Origin: Spirochaetia bacterium
GTDB lineage: Bacteria > Spirochaetota > Spirochaetia > CAKZLE01
Reading direction: 5' to 3'
Length of the DNA: 64,000 bases
NCBI GenBank assembly: GCA_963677595.1
Contig: OY782041.1
Span: 2,112,001-2,176,000, forward strand
Part shown: piece by piece, positions 18,612 through 28,774 of the stretch
Numbering within the stretch: the first letter of the stretch is position 1
Layout of the letters: the number at the start of each line of letters is the position of its first letter
The notes under the pieces: model-generated
The model's input: the letters and a program-made list of their open reading frames with translations, nothing else
What the model was told of the DNA's origin: nothing
Database searches by the model: none
Position numbers and translations under genes: made by a program

Positions 18612-21104
18612 ATGACACAGAGAACGAATGAACTGAAACCGTTGGGAAGGAAGATCTTCTTTGACCGATACGCTTTGAAGGATGCAAGGAAGGATACCCT
18701 CGGTGCAGGTGACCTCGTAGTGGCAGTCTGCAACACCTCGACCGGACAGCGGGAGATCGGTACCATCGATGCCCTGCTCGAGGACGGGATGGTCTCTGTG
18801 AGGCTCGAGGACGGCACCGATATCGTGGTGAGTTCGGAACATGTGGACAAACCGCTCGAGACGACCCCGGACCAGATGCTCCAGCGTACAGCCAAGGCGC
18901 TCTCCCTGCGTGAGAAGCAGGACCAGGCAGGTTGGGAGGAGAAGTTCAACTGGCTCCTCGATGAATGGAAGTTCGTCCCCGGCGGCAGGATCCTCAGCGG
19001 GGCAGGGACTGACCAGAAACTGACCTACTATAACTGTTATGTCGTACCTTCCCCGAAGGACAGCCGGGGCGGGATCATGGAGACACTCTCGAACATGACG
19101 GAGATCATGTCACGAGGGGGCGGTGTCGGGATGAATCTCTCGACCCTTCGGCCCCGCCATGCCTATGTGAAGGGCGTGAATGGCAGGTCGAGCGGTTCCG
19201 TCTCCTGGGGCGGGCTCTTCAGCTTCGTCACCGGACTGATCGAGCAGGGCGGCAGCCGACGGGGTGCCCTCATGCTCATCCTCAACGTCTGGCACCCGGA
19301 CATCCTTGACTTCATCAAGAGCAAGCGGGAGATGGGGAAGATCGAGAACGCGAACATCAGCGTCGGCATCACCGATGAGTTCATGAATGCCGTGAAGCAG
19401 GACCTCGACTGGACCTTCTACTTCCCCGATACCCTCGACCCGGAGTATGACAGCCTCTGGGATGGGAACCTCGAGGCCTGGAAGGCTGCCGGCAAGGAGG
19501 TCTATGCCTATAAGACCGTCAAGGCACGGGAAGTCTGGAACGAGATCATCGAGAGTGCCTGGGCTTCTGCAGAACCCGGCGTCTTCTTCATCGATCGATA
19601 CAACCATATGAGCAACTCGTGGTACTATACCACGATCGCGAGCACCAACCCCTGCGGTGAGCAGGGACTCCCCCCCTGGGGAGTCTGCAACCTCGGGTCC
19701 ATCAACCTCTCCCGCTTCGTCGAGGAGGGGAAGGTACTCTGGGACGATCTCGGCAGGGCTACCGCCTATGCCGTGCGGTTCCTTGACAACGTCATAGACG
19801 ACACCCCCTACTTCTTCGAGGAGAACCGGGCACAGCAGACCTCAGAGCGGAGGATCGGGCTCGGGACCATGGGGCTTGCTGAGATGCTCATCGGGCTGAA
19901 GATCGCCTACGGGAGTGAGGAGTCCATCACCTTCATCGATGAGCTCTACCGCTTCATCTGCATCGAGTCCTATAAAGCCAGTGCGGCGATCGCAGAGGAG
20001 AAGGGCTCCTTCCCGCTCTTCGATGCGGACAAGTTCCTCGAGAGCGGCTTCATGAAGCAGATGCCTGAGGACCTCAGGTCCATCATCGCCGAGAATGGGA
20101 TCAGGAACGTGACCCTCCTCACCCAGGCCCCGACAGGATCGACGGGGACCATGGTCGGGACGAGTACCGGGATCGAACCCTACTTCTTCTGGGAGTGGGA
20201 ACGGGTCGGCAGGATGGGCTCCCATACCGAGCGGGTCGACGTCTATGCACAGTGGAAGGATGCCAATCCCGACGCGGAACTGCCTTCGTATTTCGTCACG
20301 GCAATGGACCTTGCTCCCGAGGCCCATGTACGGGTCCAGGGTGCGATCCAGAAGTGGGTCGACTCGAGTATCTCGAAGACCTGCAATGCCCCGAACGAGT
20401 ATACCGTGGACCAGGCCAAGGAGCTCTACGAGCAGATGTATGACCTCGGCTGCAAGGGCGGCACCCTCTACCGTGACGGTTCCCGTGATACTCAGGTCCT
20501 CAACCTGAAGGAAGAGGAGGCGCAAGAGGAGGCGGCACCGGTCGTCGAGATCAAGCCGCGTGTGCGCCCGACCATCCTGCGGGGGACCACCTACCGGAAG
20601 GCTACCCCGATCGGGACTGCCTACATCACGATCAACTCTGACGGGAACCATTTCGAGGATCCCTTCGAGATCTTCGTCAACGTGGCCAAGGTCGGCTCCG
20701 ATGTCGCTGCTGATGCCGAGGGTATCGGGAGGCTGATCAGCCTCATCCTGAGGATGGCTTCCCCCCTCACACCGAAACAGCGGGCTGAGGCAGTCATCGC
20801 CCAGCTGAGGAGCATCGGTTCCGGGAGGCAGACCGGGTTCGGCAAGAACCGGATCATGAGCCTGCCGGACGCGATCGCCAAGGCTATCGAGGAGCATATC
20901 GGATCATCGGAGGAGGCACACCTCTATCCGGCCCTTCCCGACGAGGAGGATGAGGTCAAGAACATGCAGATGGACCTCTCCTTCTCCGAGAAGAAACCAG
21001 CTGCCGCCTCCCAGGCTGATATATGCCCGGTCTGCGGGAATGCCACCTTCCTGAACATCGAGGGATGCAAGAAGTGTTTCTCCTGCGGTCACAGCGAATG
21101 CTGA
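18612..21104 (+). CDS. nrdJ: Class II adenosylcobalamin-dependent ribonucleotide reductase with C-terminal TSCPD-like domain and Zn ribbon
   Basis: PGGRIL, YNCYV, TNPCGEQ, CNLGSINL, APTGS and SISKT motifs; terminal CPVC...GCKKCFSCGHSEC. Confidence 0.93.
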   Translation: MTQRTNELKPLGRKIFFDRYALKDARKDTLGAGDLVVAVCNTSTGQREIGTIDALLEDGMVSVRLEDGTDIVVSSEHVDKPLETTPDQMLQRTAKALSLREKQDQAGWEEKFNWLLDEWKFVPGGRILSGAGTDQKLTYYNCYVVPSPKDSRGGIMETLSNMTEIMSRGGGVGMNLSTLRPRHAYVKGVNGRSSGSVSWGGLFSFVTGLIEQGGSRRGALMLILNVWHPDILDFIKSKREMGKIENANISVGITDEFMNAVKQDLDWTFYFPDTLDPEYDSLWDGNLEAWKAAGKEVYAYKTVKAREVWNEIIESAWASAEPGVFFIDRYNHMSNSWYYTTIASTNPCGEQGLPPWGVCNLGSINLSRFVEEGKVLWDDLGRATAYAVRFLDNVIDDTPYFFEENRAQQTSERRIGLGTMGLAEMLIGLKIAYGSEESITFIDELYRFICIESYKASAAIAEEKGSFPLFDADKFLESGFMKQMPEDLRSIIAENGIRNVTLLTQAPTGSTGTMVGTSTGIEPYFFWEWERVGRMGSHTERVDVYAQWKDANPDAELPSYFVTAMDLAPEAHVRVQGAIQKWVDSSISKTCNAPNEYTVDQAKELYEQMYDLGCKGGTLYRDGSRDTQVLNLKEEEAQEEAAPVVEIKPRVRPTILRGTTYRKATPIGTAYITINSDGNHFEDPFEIFVNVAKVGSDVAADAEGIGRLISLILRMASPLTPKQRAEAVIAQLRSIGSGRQTGFGKNRIMSLPDAIAKAIEEHIGSSEEAHLYPALPDEEDEVKNMQMDLSFSEKKPAAASQADICPVCGNATFLNIEGCKKCFSCGHSEC

Positions 21105-21116
21105 TCGTCCTTGTTG

Positions 21117-21139
21117 AGGGATCTAGGGGATAGATCCCT
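21117..21139 (+). terminator. Hairpin after nrdJ
   Basis: AGGGATCTA-GGGGA-TAGATCCCT. Confidence 0.55.
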
Positions 21140-21220
21140 TCTATACAGAAGAAGTCCCTGAGAGGATGATGCCTGTCAGGGTCTTCCACGGCTCATATCA
21201 TGAATCCCTGATTCTGTGAG

Positions 21221-22471
21221 GTGAGCTCGGGGGTACACCCAGTGAATTCATTGTTCAAGACCTATACAGGATTGGATCGCAGTATCTATGTCCTCTTCAT
21301 CGCACGTATCGTCAACCGGATGGGTGACTTCGTCAACCTCTTCCTCGTCCTCTACCTGACTACCAGGATGGGGTTCTCGGAAGGGGCTGCCGGACGATTC
21401 CTCATGGTAGCCGGGGTCATGAACGGGGTGGGGGTCTTGCTCGGCGGGACGCTCTCAGACCACTTCAACCGGAAGTTCGTCCTCGTCTCCTGCCAACTGC
21501 TCTTCGCCGCCTTCTATATCGCGTGCGGGTTCTATACCACCTCCATGGTCGCTCCCTGGCTGATCCTGGTCTCCTCGATCTTCCGTGGGGCCACCTGGCC
21601 TGCCACCAATGCGATGGTCATCGACCTGACCGAGGGTGACAAGCGTGCCAAAGCCTTCTCCCTGCTCTACCTCGGTACCAACATCGGGGTGGCAGTAGGG
21701 CCGCTGATCGCAGGCTTCCTCTTCAACTCCTACCTGGACTGGCTCTTCTGGGGTGATGCCCTCACGACGGTCTTCGCGGCAGCTGCGGTCATCATCTTCG
21801 TCCCCGACACCAAGCCCACGAACGAGACCATCAAGGAGTTCTCGACCGGCAGGACCGATGGGGAGCGTGCGGAGAAGGGTTCGGCCATCAGCGCATTCCT
21901 GAGGAGACCGGTCCTGCTGGCCTACCTCGGGCTGGGGCTGCTCTCGAGCTTCATGTATGCGCAGATGCACTTCACCATCCCGCTCCACCTCAATGAGCTC
22001 TTCAGCACTGACGGCCCGCGGCAATTCGGGTACATCATGACCTTCAATGCCGTGGTGGTCCTCATCTTCACCGCCCTGGTCACCTACCTGACGGGGAAGA
22101 ACCGGCCGATCGCCAATATAGCGGGATCGTCCCTGCTCTTCACGATCGGGTTCGGGATGCTGCTCGGCGTCTCGGCGATGCCGTTCTTCTTCGTCTCGAC
22201 CTTCATCTGGACGATCGGCGAGGTCCTCATGGTCACCAACTCCAACGTCTTCGTCTCGAAGCATACCCCGATCACGCACCGGGGACGGTTCAACAGCTTC
22301 ATCAACCTCGTCCAGGGGGCGGGGGCTGCTACCTGCCCGTGGATCTCGGGCACCATTCTCGAGCATACCGGCTTCTCCTTCCTCTGGAGCGTCGTCGGCG
22401 GGGTAGGGGTCGTCGCGACGATCCTCTACATCGTAATGTGGCAGGTGCTCAAGAGGAAGGAGACTGCCTGA
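21221..22471 (+). CDS. MFS transporter
   Basis: About 12 hydrophobic segments and motif A (GTLSDHFNRK); start may be GTG 21242. Confidence 0.88.
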   Translation: MSSGVHPVNSLFKTYTGLDRSIYVLFIARIVNRMGDFVNLFLVLYLTTRMGFSEGAAGRFLMVAGVMNGVGVLLGGTLSDHFNRKFVLVSCQLLFAAFYIACGFYTTSMVAPWLILVSSIFRGATWPATNAMVIDLTEGDKRAKAFSLLYLGTNIGVAVGPLIAGFLFNSYLDWLFWGDALTTVFAAAAVIIFVPDTKPTNETIKEFSTGRTDGERAEKGSAISAFLRRPVLLAYLGLGLLSSFMYAQMHFTIPLHLNELFSTDGPRQFGYIMTFNAVVVLIFTALVTYLTGKNRPIANIAGSSLLFTIGFGMLLGVSAMPFFFVSTFIWTIGEVLMVTNSNVFVSKHTPITHRGRFNSFINLVQGAGAATCPWISGTILEHTGFSFLWSVVGGVGVVATILYIVMWQVLKRKETA

Positions 22472-22587
22472 TACGCAGGCCTGATTCCCAACTGATACGC
22501 GAGAAGAGAAATAACACCCTCTCTTCTGCTGTGATATATGGTATGATAGAATACTAGGTAAACCGATACCACATAACTTGGGGGGGC

Positions 22588-23517
22588 ATGGTGAAGATAC
22601 AGAAACAACAGATGATGCGCAGTGTGCTCATCGGACTGCTTCCGATGGCTGCTGCGGCGATCTACCTCTTCGGCTGGCGGTTCCTTGCGGTCCTGGCAGT
22701 CGTCCTGGCTGCAGGAACGCTCAGTGAGCTGCTCATGGCCAAACGCTACGGCCTGAAGGTCACGGAGTCGCTCTTCGTGACGGCGATGCTCTTCTCGCTG
22801 TCGCTGCCCCCGGGGATCCCGCTCTGGATGGCAGCCCTCGGCATGGCCTTCGGGATCGTCTTCGGGAAGATGGTCTTCGGCGGGTTCGGCAGGAACGTGT
22901 TCAACCCTGCGATCACGGCACGGGCGTTCGTCTATGTGAGCTTCGGCGTCCCCATGACTGCCCAGTTCCTTGCCCCGGTCTACCGGTTCCCCGGCGGGCT
23001 CGCCCACTGGATCACGCCCGCCGACGCGGTATCGAGCGCGACGCCGTTGGTCACGAAGGCTGCCGGCCTCGGTGAGCTGCTCTTCGGGAGTGTCCCGGGC
23101 TGCTTCGGCGAGACCTCCGCGATCCTGGTCCTCATAGGAGGCGGGTACATCATCTACAAGAAAGCTGCGAACTGGAGGCTGACCGTATCGGCGATCGCCG
23201 CATTCGTCATCGTCCAGGGGATCTTCTGGCTTGCCGGGGTCAAGGAGAGCGTGGACCCGCTCTATGGCCTGTTTGCCGGCAGCTTCCTCCTTGCGGCATT
23301 CTTCATGATCACCGACCCGGTATCATCATCACAGACGACGAACCTCGGGCGCTGGATCTACGGAGCGCTCTTCGGGGCCTTGACCGTCCTCATACGTATC
23401 TTCGCGAGCTGGCCTGAAGGGGTGACCTTCGCCATCCTGCTCGCGAACATGTTCGCGCCGCTGATCGACTACCTGATCAAGGAACAGCAGAAGCGGAAGA
23501 AGGAGGTGCGCTCATGA
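22588..23517 (+). CDS. NqrB/RnfD-family membrane subunit
   Basis: FGKMVFGGFGRNVFNPA, FMN-attachment motif SSATPL, GETS and MITDP. Confidence 0.9.
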   Translation: MVKIQKQQMMRSVLIGLLPMAAAAIYLFGWRFLAVLAVVLAAGTLSELLMAKRYGLKVTESLFVTAMLFSLSLPPGIPLWMAALGMAFGIVFGKMVFGGFGRNVFNPAITARAFVYVSFGVPMTAQFLAPVYRFPGGLAHWITPADAVSSATPLVTKAAGLGELLFGSVPGCFGETSAILVLIGGGYIIYKKAANWRLTVSAIAAFVIVQGIFWLAGVKESVDPLYGLFAGSFLLAAFFMITDPVSSSQTTNLGRWIYGALFGALTVLIRIFASWPEGVTFAILLANMFAPLIDYLIKEQQKRKKEVRS

Positions 23518-24107
23518 AGAAGGAGAGTTTCTACTCACAGCGGGTCTATCCGCTGGTCTTCATGCTGATCGTAACGATCGGCTGCATCTCGATCGTCACC
23601 GGGCTGCACCTCTCTACGAAGGGGCGGGTGGATGCCAATGACAACCTCTTCCTGCGCACGACGGTGCTGGAGGCGGCGGATGTCGCGATCCCGGAAGACT
23701 TCATGGAGGTGAATGCCCTCTATGAACGGATCGTGGAAGAGACCGGGGACTTCTACCGGGTGAACCGCCCGGATGGGAGTGTCTCCTACGTCGTCCCCGC
23801 AGAGGGACCGGGGCTGTGGGGCATCATCAAGCTCATGGTCGGGTTCACCGAGAGCCTTGACGAGCTCACCGGGATCGGCATCTTCTCACAGAACGAGACC
23901 CCGGGACTCGGGGCGAGGATCGAAGAGGAGTGGTATCGTACCCAGTTCACCGGGAAGAAGGGTCCGTTCACCCTCGTGGATGAGGGGACGGGAGATAGCC
24001 CGAACGAGATCGACGCGATAACCGGTGCGACGAGGACTTCACGGGGGATGCTCAGCATCCTCAACAAGGCCTATACCGACGGTCCTGCTCTGGTAAAGGG
24101 GGAATAG
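23514..24107 (+). CDS. NqrC/RnfG-family FMN-binding subunit
   Basis: N-terminal TM segment; GPGLWG, ETPGLG and DAITGATRTS motifs. Confidence 0.9.
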   Translation: MKKESFYSQRVYPLVFMLIVTIGCISIVTGLHLSTKGRVDANDNLFLRTTVLEAADVAIPEDFMEVNALYERIVEETGDFYRVNRPDGSVSYVVPAEGPGLWGIIKLMVGFTESLDELTGIGIFSQNETPGLGARIEEEWYRTQFTGKKGPFTLVDEGTGDSPNEIDAITGATRTSRGMLSILNKAYTDGPALVKGE

Positions 24108-24719
24108 ATGGCAGCGAACAACCTGAAGAAGACATTCCTGACCCCGTTGGGGAAGGACAACCCCGTATTCGTGCAGGTGCTGGGGATCTGCTCCACACTG
24201 GCAGTCACCAACAAGCTGGAGAACACCGTGGTCATGACGATGGGCGTCATGTTCACGACGATGCTCTCGAGCTTCACCCTCTCGCTGATACGGAAGATGA
24301 TCCCATCAAGGATCAGGATGATGGTGGAGACGATGATCATCGCGACCTTCGTCATCATCGTCGATATCGTGCTGAAGGCCTTCATGCCCGATATCTGGAA
24401 GCAGCTCGGGCCCTATGTCGGGCTGATCATCACCAACTGCATCATCATGGGGCGTGCCGAGGCGTTCGCGCTGAACAACAAGCCGTGGCCCTCCCTCATA
24501 GACGGGCTGGCCTCCGGGATGGGCTATGCCTATGTCCTCCTGATCATAGCCTTCTTCCGTGAACTGCTCGGCACTGGTTCTATCTGGGGCTTCAGGATCC
24601 TGGGCGACTGGTGGGTCAACTGGACGATCATGATCATGGCGCCCGGGGCGTTCTTCATGCTGGCGATCTTCATCTGGGTCGTACGTGAAGGGATCATGAA
24701 AGAGAAGAAGGGGGCATGA
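24108..24719 (+). CDS. nqrD: NqrD/RnfE-family subunit
   Basis: NPVFVQVLGICSTLAVT and GLIITNCIIMGRAEAFA motifs. Confidence 0.88.
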   Translation: MAANNLKKTFLTPLGKDNPVFVQVLGICSTLAVTNKLENTVVMTMGVMFTTMLSSFTLSLIRKMIPSRIRMMVETMIIATFVIIVDIVLKAFMPDIWKQLGPYVGLIITNCIIMGRAEAFALNNKPWPSLIDGLASGMGYAYVLLIIAFFRELLGTGSIWGFRILGDWWVNWTIMIMAPGAFFMLAIFIWVVREGIMKEKKGA

Positions 24720-24720
24720 C

Positions 24721-25314
24721 ATGAACAGCAGCATCTATCCAATCGCAGTGTTCTTCGCTGCCATATTCACCAACAACATCCTGCTCACCAACTACCTCGG
24801 GATGTGTTCCTTCCTCTCGGTATCACGGGAGCTGAAGACCTCGGTCGGTCTCGGGATCGCAGTGACCTTCGTCATGGCCTCGACGACCGTCCTGAACTGG
24901 TTCGTCTACAACTACATCCTCCTGCCGTTCGACCTGACCTACCTCAGGTACATCGTGTTCATCATCGTCATCGCCGCCTTCGTGCAGCTCGTCGAGATGA
25001 TCATCGAGCGGACGAGCGAGGGACTGTATGCGGCACTGGGCATCTTCCTGCCGCTGATCACGGTCAACTGCGCGATCCTCGGGGTCAGCCTCTTCATGGT
25101 GATCCGGGAGTACACGCTCCTGACCTCCTTCTTCTTCGGCCTCGGGAGCGGCCTCGGCTGGTTCCTCGCAATCCTGGCGATGGCCGGGATCCGGCAGAAG
25201 CTCGCCCGGGCGAAGGTACCGGAGGGTCTCGAAGGGGCAGGGATCACCCTGGTCATAGCAGGGATCATGGCATTGGCATTCACGGGTTTCTCCGGAATGA
25301 TCACGATCTCATAG
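24721..25314 (+). CDS. nqrE: NqrE/RnfA-family subunit
   Basis: YLGMCSFLSVS and LGIFLPLITVNCAILG motifs. Confidence 0.88.
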   Translation: MNSSIYPIAVFFAAIFTNNILLTNYLGMCSFLSVSRELKTSVGLGIAVTFVMASTTVLNWFVYNYILLPFDLTYLRYIVFIIVIAAFVQLVEMIIERTSEGLYAALGIFLPLITVNCAILGVSLFMVIREYTLLTSFFFGLGSGLGWFLAILAMAGIRQKLARAKVPEGLEGAGITLVIAGIMALAFTGFSGMITIS

Positions 25315-25324
25315 GAGGGATGGT

Positions 25325-26428
25325 ATGGTAACTACGTTTCTAGTCAGCCTTGGCATCATGTCAGCCATCTCCCTGGTGCTGGCACTGCTCATGGTGATAG
25401 CCGATGCCACGATCGGCAACTACGGGGAAGTGAAGATCACGATCAACGAAGATAAGGAGCTTACCGTCAAGGGCGGACAGCCCCTGCTGAAGGCGCTCAA
25501 CGGGGAGGGGGTCTTCATCCCCTCGGCCTGCGGGGGTCGCGGTTCCTGCGGGTTGTGCAAGGTCAAGGTGACCTCCGGTGGCGGGCAGTACCTGCCGACC
25601 GAGCTCCCCTGGATCTCTGACGAGGAGAAGGCTGACAACGTCAGGCTCTCCTGCCAGTTCAAGGTGAAGAACGACATCAGCATCCGGATCCCGGAAGAGC
25701 TCTTCAAGGTGAAGCAGTTCACCGCGAAGGTCGAGAGCCTGCGGGACCTCACCCATGATATCAAGGAGGTCCGGCTCGCCCTGGTCGATCCTCCTGCGAT
25801 CGAGATGACTGCCGGGCAGTTCATCCAGTTCCAGGTGCCCGAGTATGAACTGACCGACGAGGTCGTCTACCGGGCCTACTCCATGGCCTCTGTCCCGAGT
25901 GACACGAAGCATATCGAGCTGGAGATCCGGCTGGTCCCTGGCGGGATCTGCACCACCTATGTCCACAAGTTCCTCAAGGAGGGCGACACCGTCGAGCTCA
26001 ACGGCCCCTACGGGGAGTTCTACCTCCGTGATACCGAACGGCCGATCATCTGTATAGCCGGAGGTTCAGGGATGGCACCGCTCAAGTCCATCCTGCTCGA
26101 CCTCGCCGAGAAGGGGAGCCAGCGGAAGGCCCAGTACTTCTTCGGTGCCCGTTCGGTACGGGACCTCTTCCTCGTCGAGGAGATGAGGGAGCTCGAGAAG
26201 CGGCTTCCCGGCTTCAGCTTCATCCCTGCCCTGAGTGAACCGGCAGCCGAGGACAACTGGGAAGGGGAGACGGGGCTCATCACCGACGTGGTCGCCAGGG
26301 TTGCTGCCGGTCAGTCTGATGCCGAGGCCTATCTCTGCGGTTCGCCTGGCATGATCGATGCCTGCGTCAAGGTGCTGACCGCTATCGGGATCCCGGAAGA
26401 GAGGATCTATTATGACAAGTTCGCGTAA
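25325..26428 (+). CDS. nqrF: NqrF-like subunit (TM anchor, 2Fe-2S, FAD/NAD-binding)
   Basis: IPSACGGRGSCGLC...RLSCQ, RAYSMAS, GPYG, IAGGSGMAP and YLCG motifs. Confidence 0.85.
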   Translation: MVTTFLVSLGIMSAISLVLALLMVIADATIGNYGEVKITINEDKELTVKGGQPLLKALNGEGVFIPSACGGRGSCGLCKVKVTSGGGQYLPTELPWISDEEKADNVRLSCQFKVKNDISIRIPEELFKVKQFTAKVESLRDLTHDIKEVRLALVDPPAIEMTAGQFIQFQVPEYELTDEVVYRAYSMASVPSDTKHIELEIRLVPGGICTTYVHKFLKEGDTVELNGPYGEFYLRDTERPIICIAGGSGMAPLKSILLDLAEKGSQRKAQYFFGARSVRDLFLVEEMRELEKRLPGFSFIPALSEPAAEDNWEGETGLITDVVARVAAGQSDAEAYLCGSPGMIDACVKVLTAIGIPEERIYYDKFA

Positions 26429-26434
26429 GGAGGG

Positions 26435-26902
26435 ATGCGCATGAAACAGTCTCCGCAGTTCACACGGATACAGGAACAGATGAGACCGGGGGTGATCACC
26501 CTCGAGGGATTCCTCGGGACCGATGAGAGGAACCTGATAGATATCCTCGTCGAGGATGACGGGACCGTCAGGCGAAACGGCCTGAGCCATGAGAAGATCG
26601 CTTCCCGTATGCAGTACTTCCGGGACAAGGGCCTCGACGGGCTCGGGGAGTTCCTCTCCGTCGATGACCACTTCGCCGTGCGGGTCGACTCCGTCCGGGG
26701 CAAGCTCCCATCCCCCTTCGGTGGGCCCGGCATGTACGAGAAGGTCAATACCACGGTGAGGAACCTGAAGAAGGATATCGAGGTCACCTATACCGACATG
26801 CATATCCACTTCGTGCGTGACCACGGGTTCTACGAGGGGAAGGGGTCGACCTTCCGGCTGGAGCCGGAACGGCTCATAGAGACCTTGGAAGTACCCCTGT
26901 AA
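26435..26902 (+). CDS. Hypothetical soluble protein at the end of the nqr-like operon
   Basis: AAGGAGG directly upstream, 6 nt after the nqrF stop; His-rich motif MHIHFVRDHGFYEGKGS. Confidence 0.75.
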   Translation: MRMKQSPQFTRIQEQMRPGVITLEGFLGTDERNLIDILVEDDGTVRRNGLSHEKIASRMQYFRDKGLDGLGEFLSVDDHFAVRVDSVRGKLPSPFGGPGMYEKVNTTVRNLKKDIEVTYTDMHIHFVRDHGFYEGKGSTFRLEPERLIETLEVPL

Positions 26903-27033
26903 CGAGTCTATTCCGTGTGAAGGTCACTATAGTAAACTCTGTTCAATATATGCAATCACCTGTATTTTCCTTGTATTATTATACAATCTGTATCATAATG
27001 TAAAGAAATACATATTTATTAGAGGTGGTTGAG

Positions 27034-28692
27034 ATGAAAAAAGCACTTGCATTCTTTGTTGTGCTGGCACTGCTCGTGTCCCTTTCAGTTTTTACTGGCT
27101 GCGCTAAGGAAGAAGCTCCTGCAGCAGCTGAGAAAGAGACCGTTACAGAGACTCCAGTCGTGAAAGAGGCTGAGAAAGTTGATCCAGATGCCGAGAAGAT
27201 GGGCGGCGTCCTCGTCTTCGGGCGGTCAGGCGATTCCGTAGGCCTGGATCCCGGTCGTGAGACTGACGGGGAATCCTTCTACGGGTCTACCGCGGTCTTC
27301 GATACCCTCGTGGAGTTCGTTCCTGGGGAGACAGCCGTGAAACCTGCACTGGCTGAGAGCTGGGACGTGTCAGACGATGGGCTGACCTATACCTTCCATC
27401 TTCGATCCGGCGTCAAGTTCCATGACGGGACACCGTTCAACGCTGACGCTGTCGTGTTCTCCTTTGAGAGACAGTTCATTGAGGATCATCCCTACTACGA
27501 TCTCGGACCGTGGAAGTACTGGGGCTACATGGATATGGATAATATCCTGGAATCGGTCACCGCTGTCGACGACCTGACTGTCGCATTCAAGCTGAAGAAG
27601 CTCGAGGCTCCCTTTATCGCCAACCTTGCGATGGATTTCGCTTCCATCGTATCCCCGACGGCAGTCGCCAAATACGGGGAAGACTTCCAGAACAACCCGG
27701 TCGGTACCGGCGCCTTCAAGTTCGTATCCTGGACAAAGGACTCCGAGATCGTCTTCGAGAAGAATGCTGACTACTGGGACGGACCGGTCTACCTTGACCG
27801 CCTGATCCTCAAGGTCATCCCGGATGCTACCGCCAGGTGGCTTGCCCTCCAGAAGGGCGAGGTCGACCTGATCGACTTCCCATCAACTGAGGATATACCT
27901 GACATGAAGGCTGCTGCCGACATCCAGGTCATCCAGCAGCCGGGACTCAATGTCGGGTACCTTGCGCTCAATACCGAGAAGAAGCCGTTCGACAGCAAGC
28001 TGGTCCGACAGGCCATGAACTACGCCATCAACAAGGACGAGATCATCGCAGGTGTCTACGGGGAAGCCGGACAGGCTGCGAAGAACCCGCTGCCGCCGAC
28101 CATGTGGTCCTACAACGATGATATAACGGCATACCCCTACGATCCCGCTAAGGCCAAGGAACTGCTGGCAGAGGCAGGCTACGCGAACGGGTTCGAGATG
28201 GAACTCTGGGCAATGCCTGTTGCACGGCCCTACAACCCGAATGCCCGGAAGATCGCTGAGATCATGCAGGCACAGCTTGCCGATGTCGGCATCACTGCCG
28301 AGATTGTCTCCTATGAGTGGGGCACCTACCTCGACAAGCTCGACTATGGCGAGCACCATGCAGCCATGCTCGGGTGGACCGGTGACAACGGTGACCCGGA
28401 CAACTTCCTCTGGGTACTGCTCTCTGAACCCGCAGCGATCCCGCCGGCAGGGAATATCGCTATGTGGAAGAATACTGAGTTCACCGACCTCTGTCGTGAG
28501 GCCAAGGAGACCGCTGACCAGGCAACCCGTGACAGCCTCTACCGACAGGCACAGGTCGTCTTCCACGAGGAAGCTCCCTGGGTACCGATCGCACACTCAG
28601 TCGTGACGGTCCCTGCTAAGGACTATGTTCAGGACTTCGTGATCTACCCGACCGGGAAGCGTGTCTTCAAGCACGTCTGGATCGAGAAATAG
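27034..28692 (+). CDS. dppA: Dipeptide ABC transporter substrate-binding lipoprotein
   Basis: Lipobox FTGC; family 5 signature LAESWDVS...FHDG; [10 protein letters not shown] and [12 protein letters not shown] motifs. Confidence 0.92.
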   Translation: MKKALAFFVVLALLVSLSVFTGCAKEEAPAAAEKETVTETPVVKEAEKVDPDAEKMGGVLVFGRSGDSVGLDPGRETDGESFYGSTAVFDTLVEFVPGETAVKPALAESWDVSDDGLTYTFHLRSGVKFHDGTPFNADAVVFSFERQFIEDHPYYDLGPWKYWGYMDMDNILESVTAVDDLTVAFKLKKLEAPFIANLAMDFASIVSPTAVAKYGEDFQNNPVGTGAFKFVSWTKDSEIVFEKNADYWDGPVYLDRLILKVIPDATARWLALQKGEVDLIDFPSTEDIPDMKAAADIQVIQQPGLNVGYLALNTEKKPFDSKLVRQAMNYAINKDEIIAGVYGEAGQAAKNPLPPTMWSYNDDITAYPYDPAKAKELLAEAGYANGFEMELWAMPVARPYNPNARKIAEIMQAQLADVGITAEIVSYEWGTYLDKLDYGEHHAAMLGWTGDNGDPDNFLWVLLSEPAAIPPAGNIAMWKNTEFTDLCREAKETADQATRDSLYRQAQVVFHEEAPWVPIAHSVVTVPAKDYVQDFVIYPTGKRVFKHVWIEK

Positions 28693-28713
28693 TCACATCT
28701 TACGAAAATCCAT

Positions 28714-28747
28714 GTACAGCCACTTTTGATCAAGAAAGTGGCTGTAC
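28714..28747 (+). other. Intercistronic stem-loop after dppA (mRNA stabiliser or partial terminator)
   Basis: 13-bp perfect inverted repeat GTACAGCCACTTT...AAAGTGGCTGTAC. Confidence 0.7.
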
Positions 28748-28774
28748 TGTACTTTGCTGCAAACAGGAAACCAT

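Noticed and set aside
18612-21104. Intein or intron in nrdJ, nrdD or topoisomerase genes
   Set aside because: Frames are continuous, lengths are ordinary, and no splice-junction or homing-endonuclease motifs are present.
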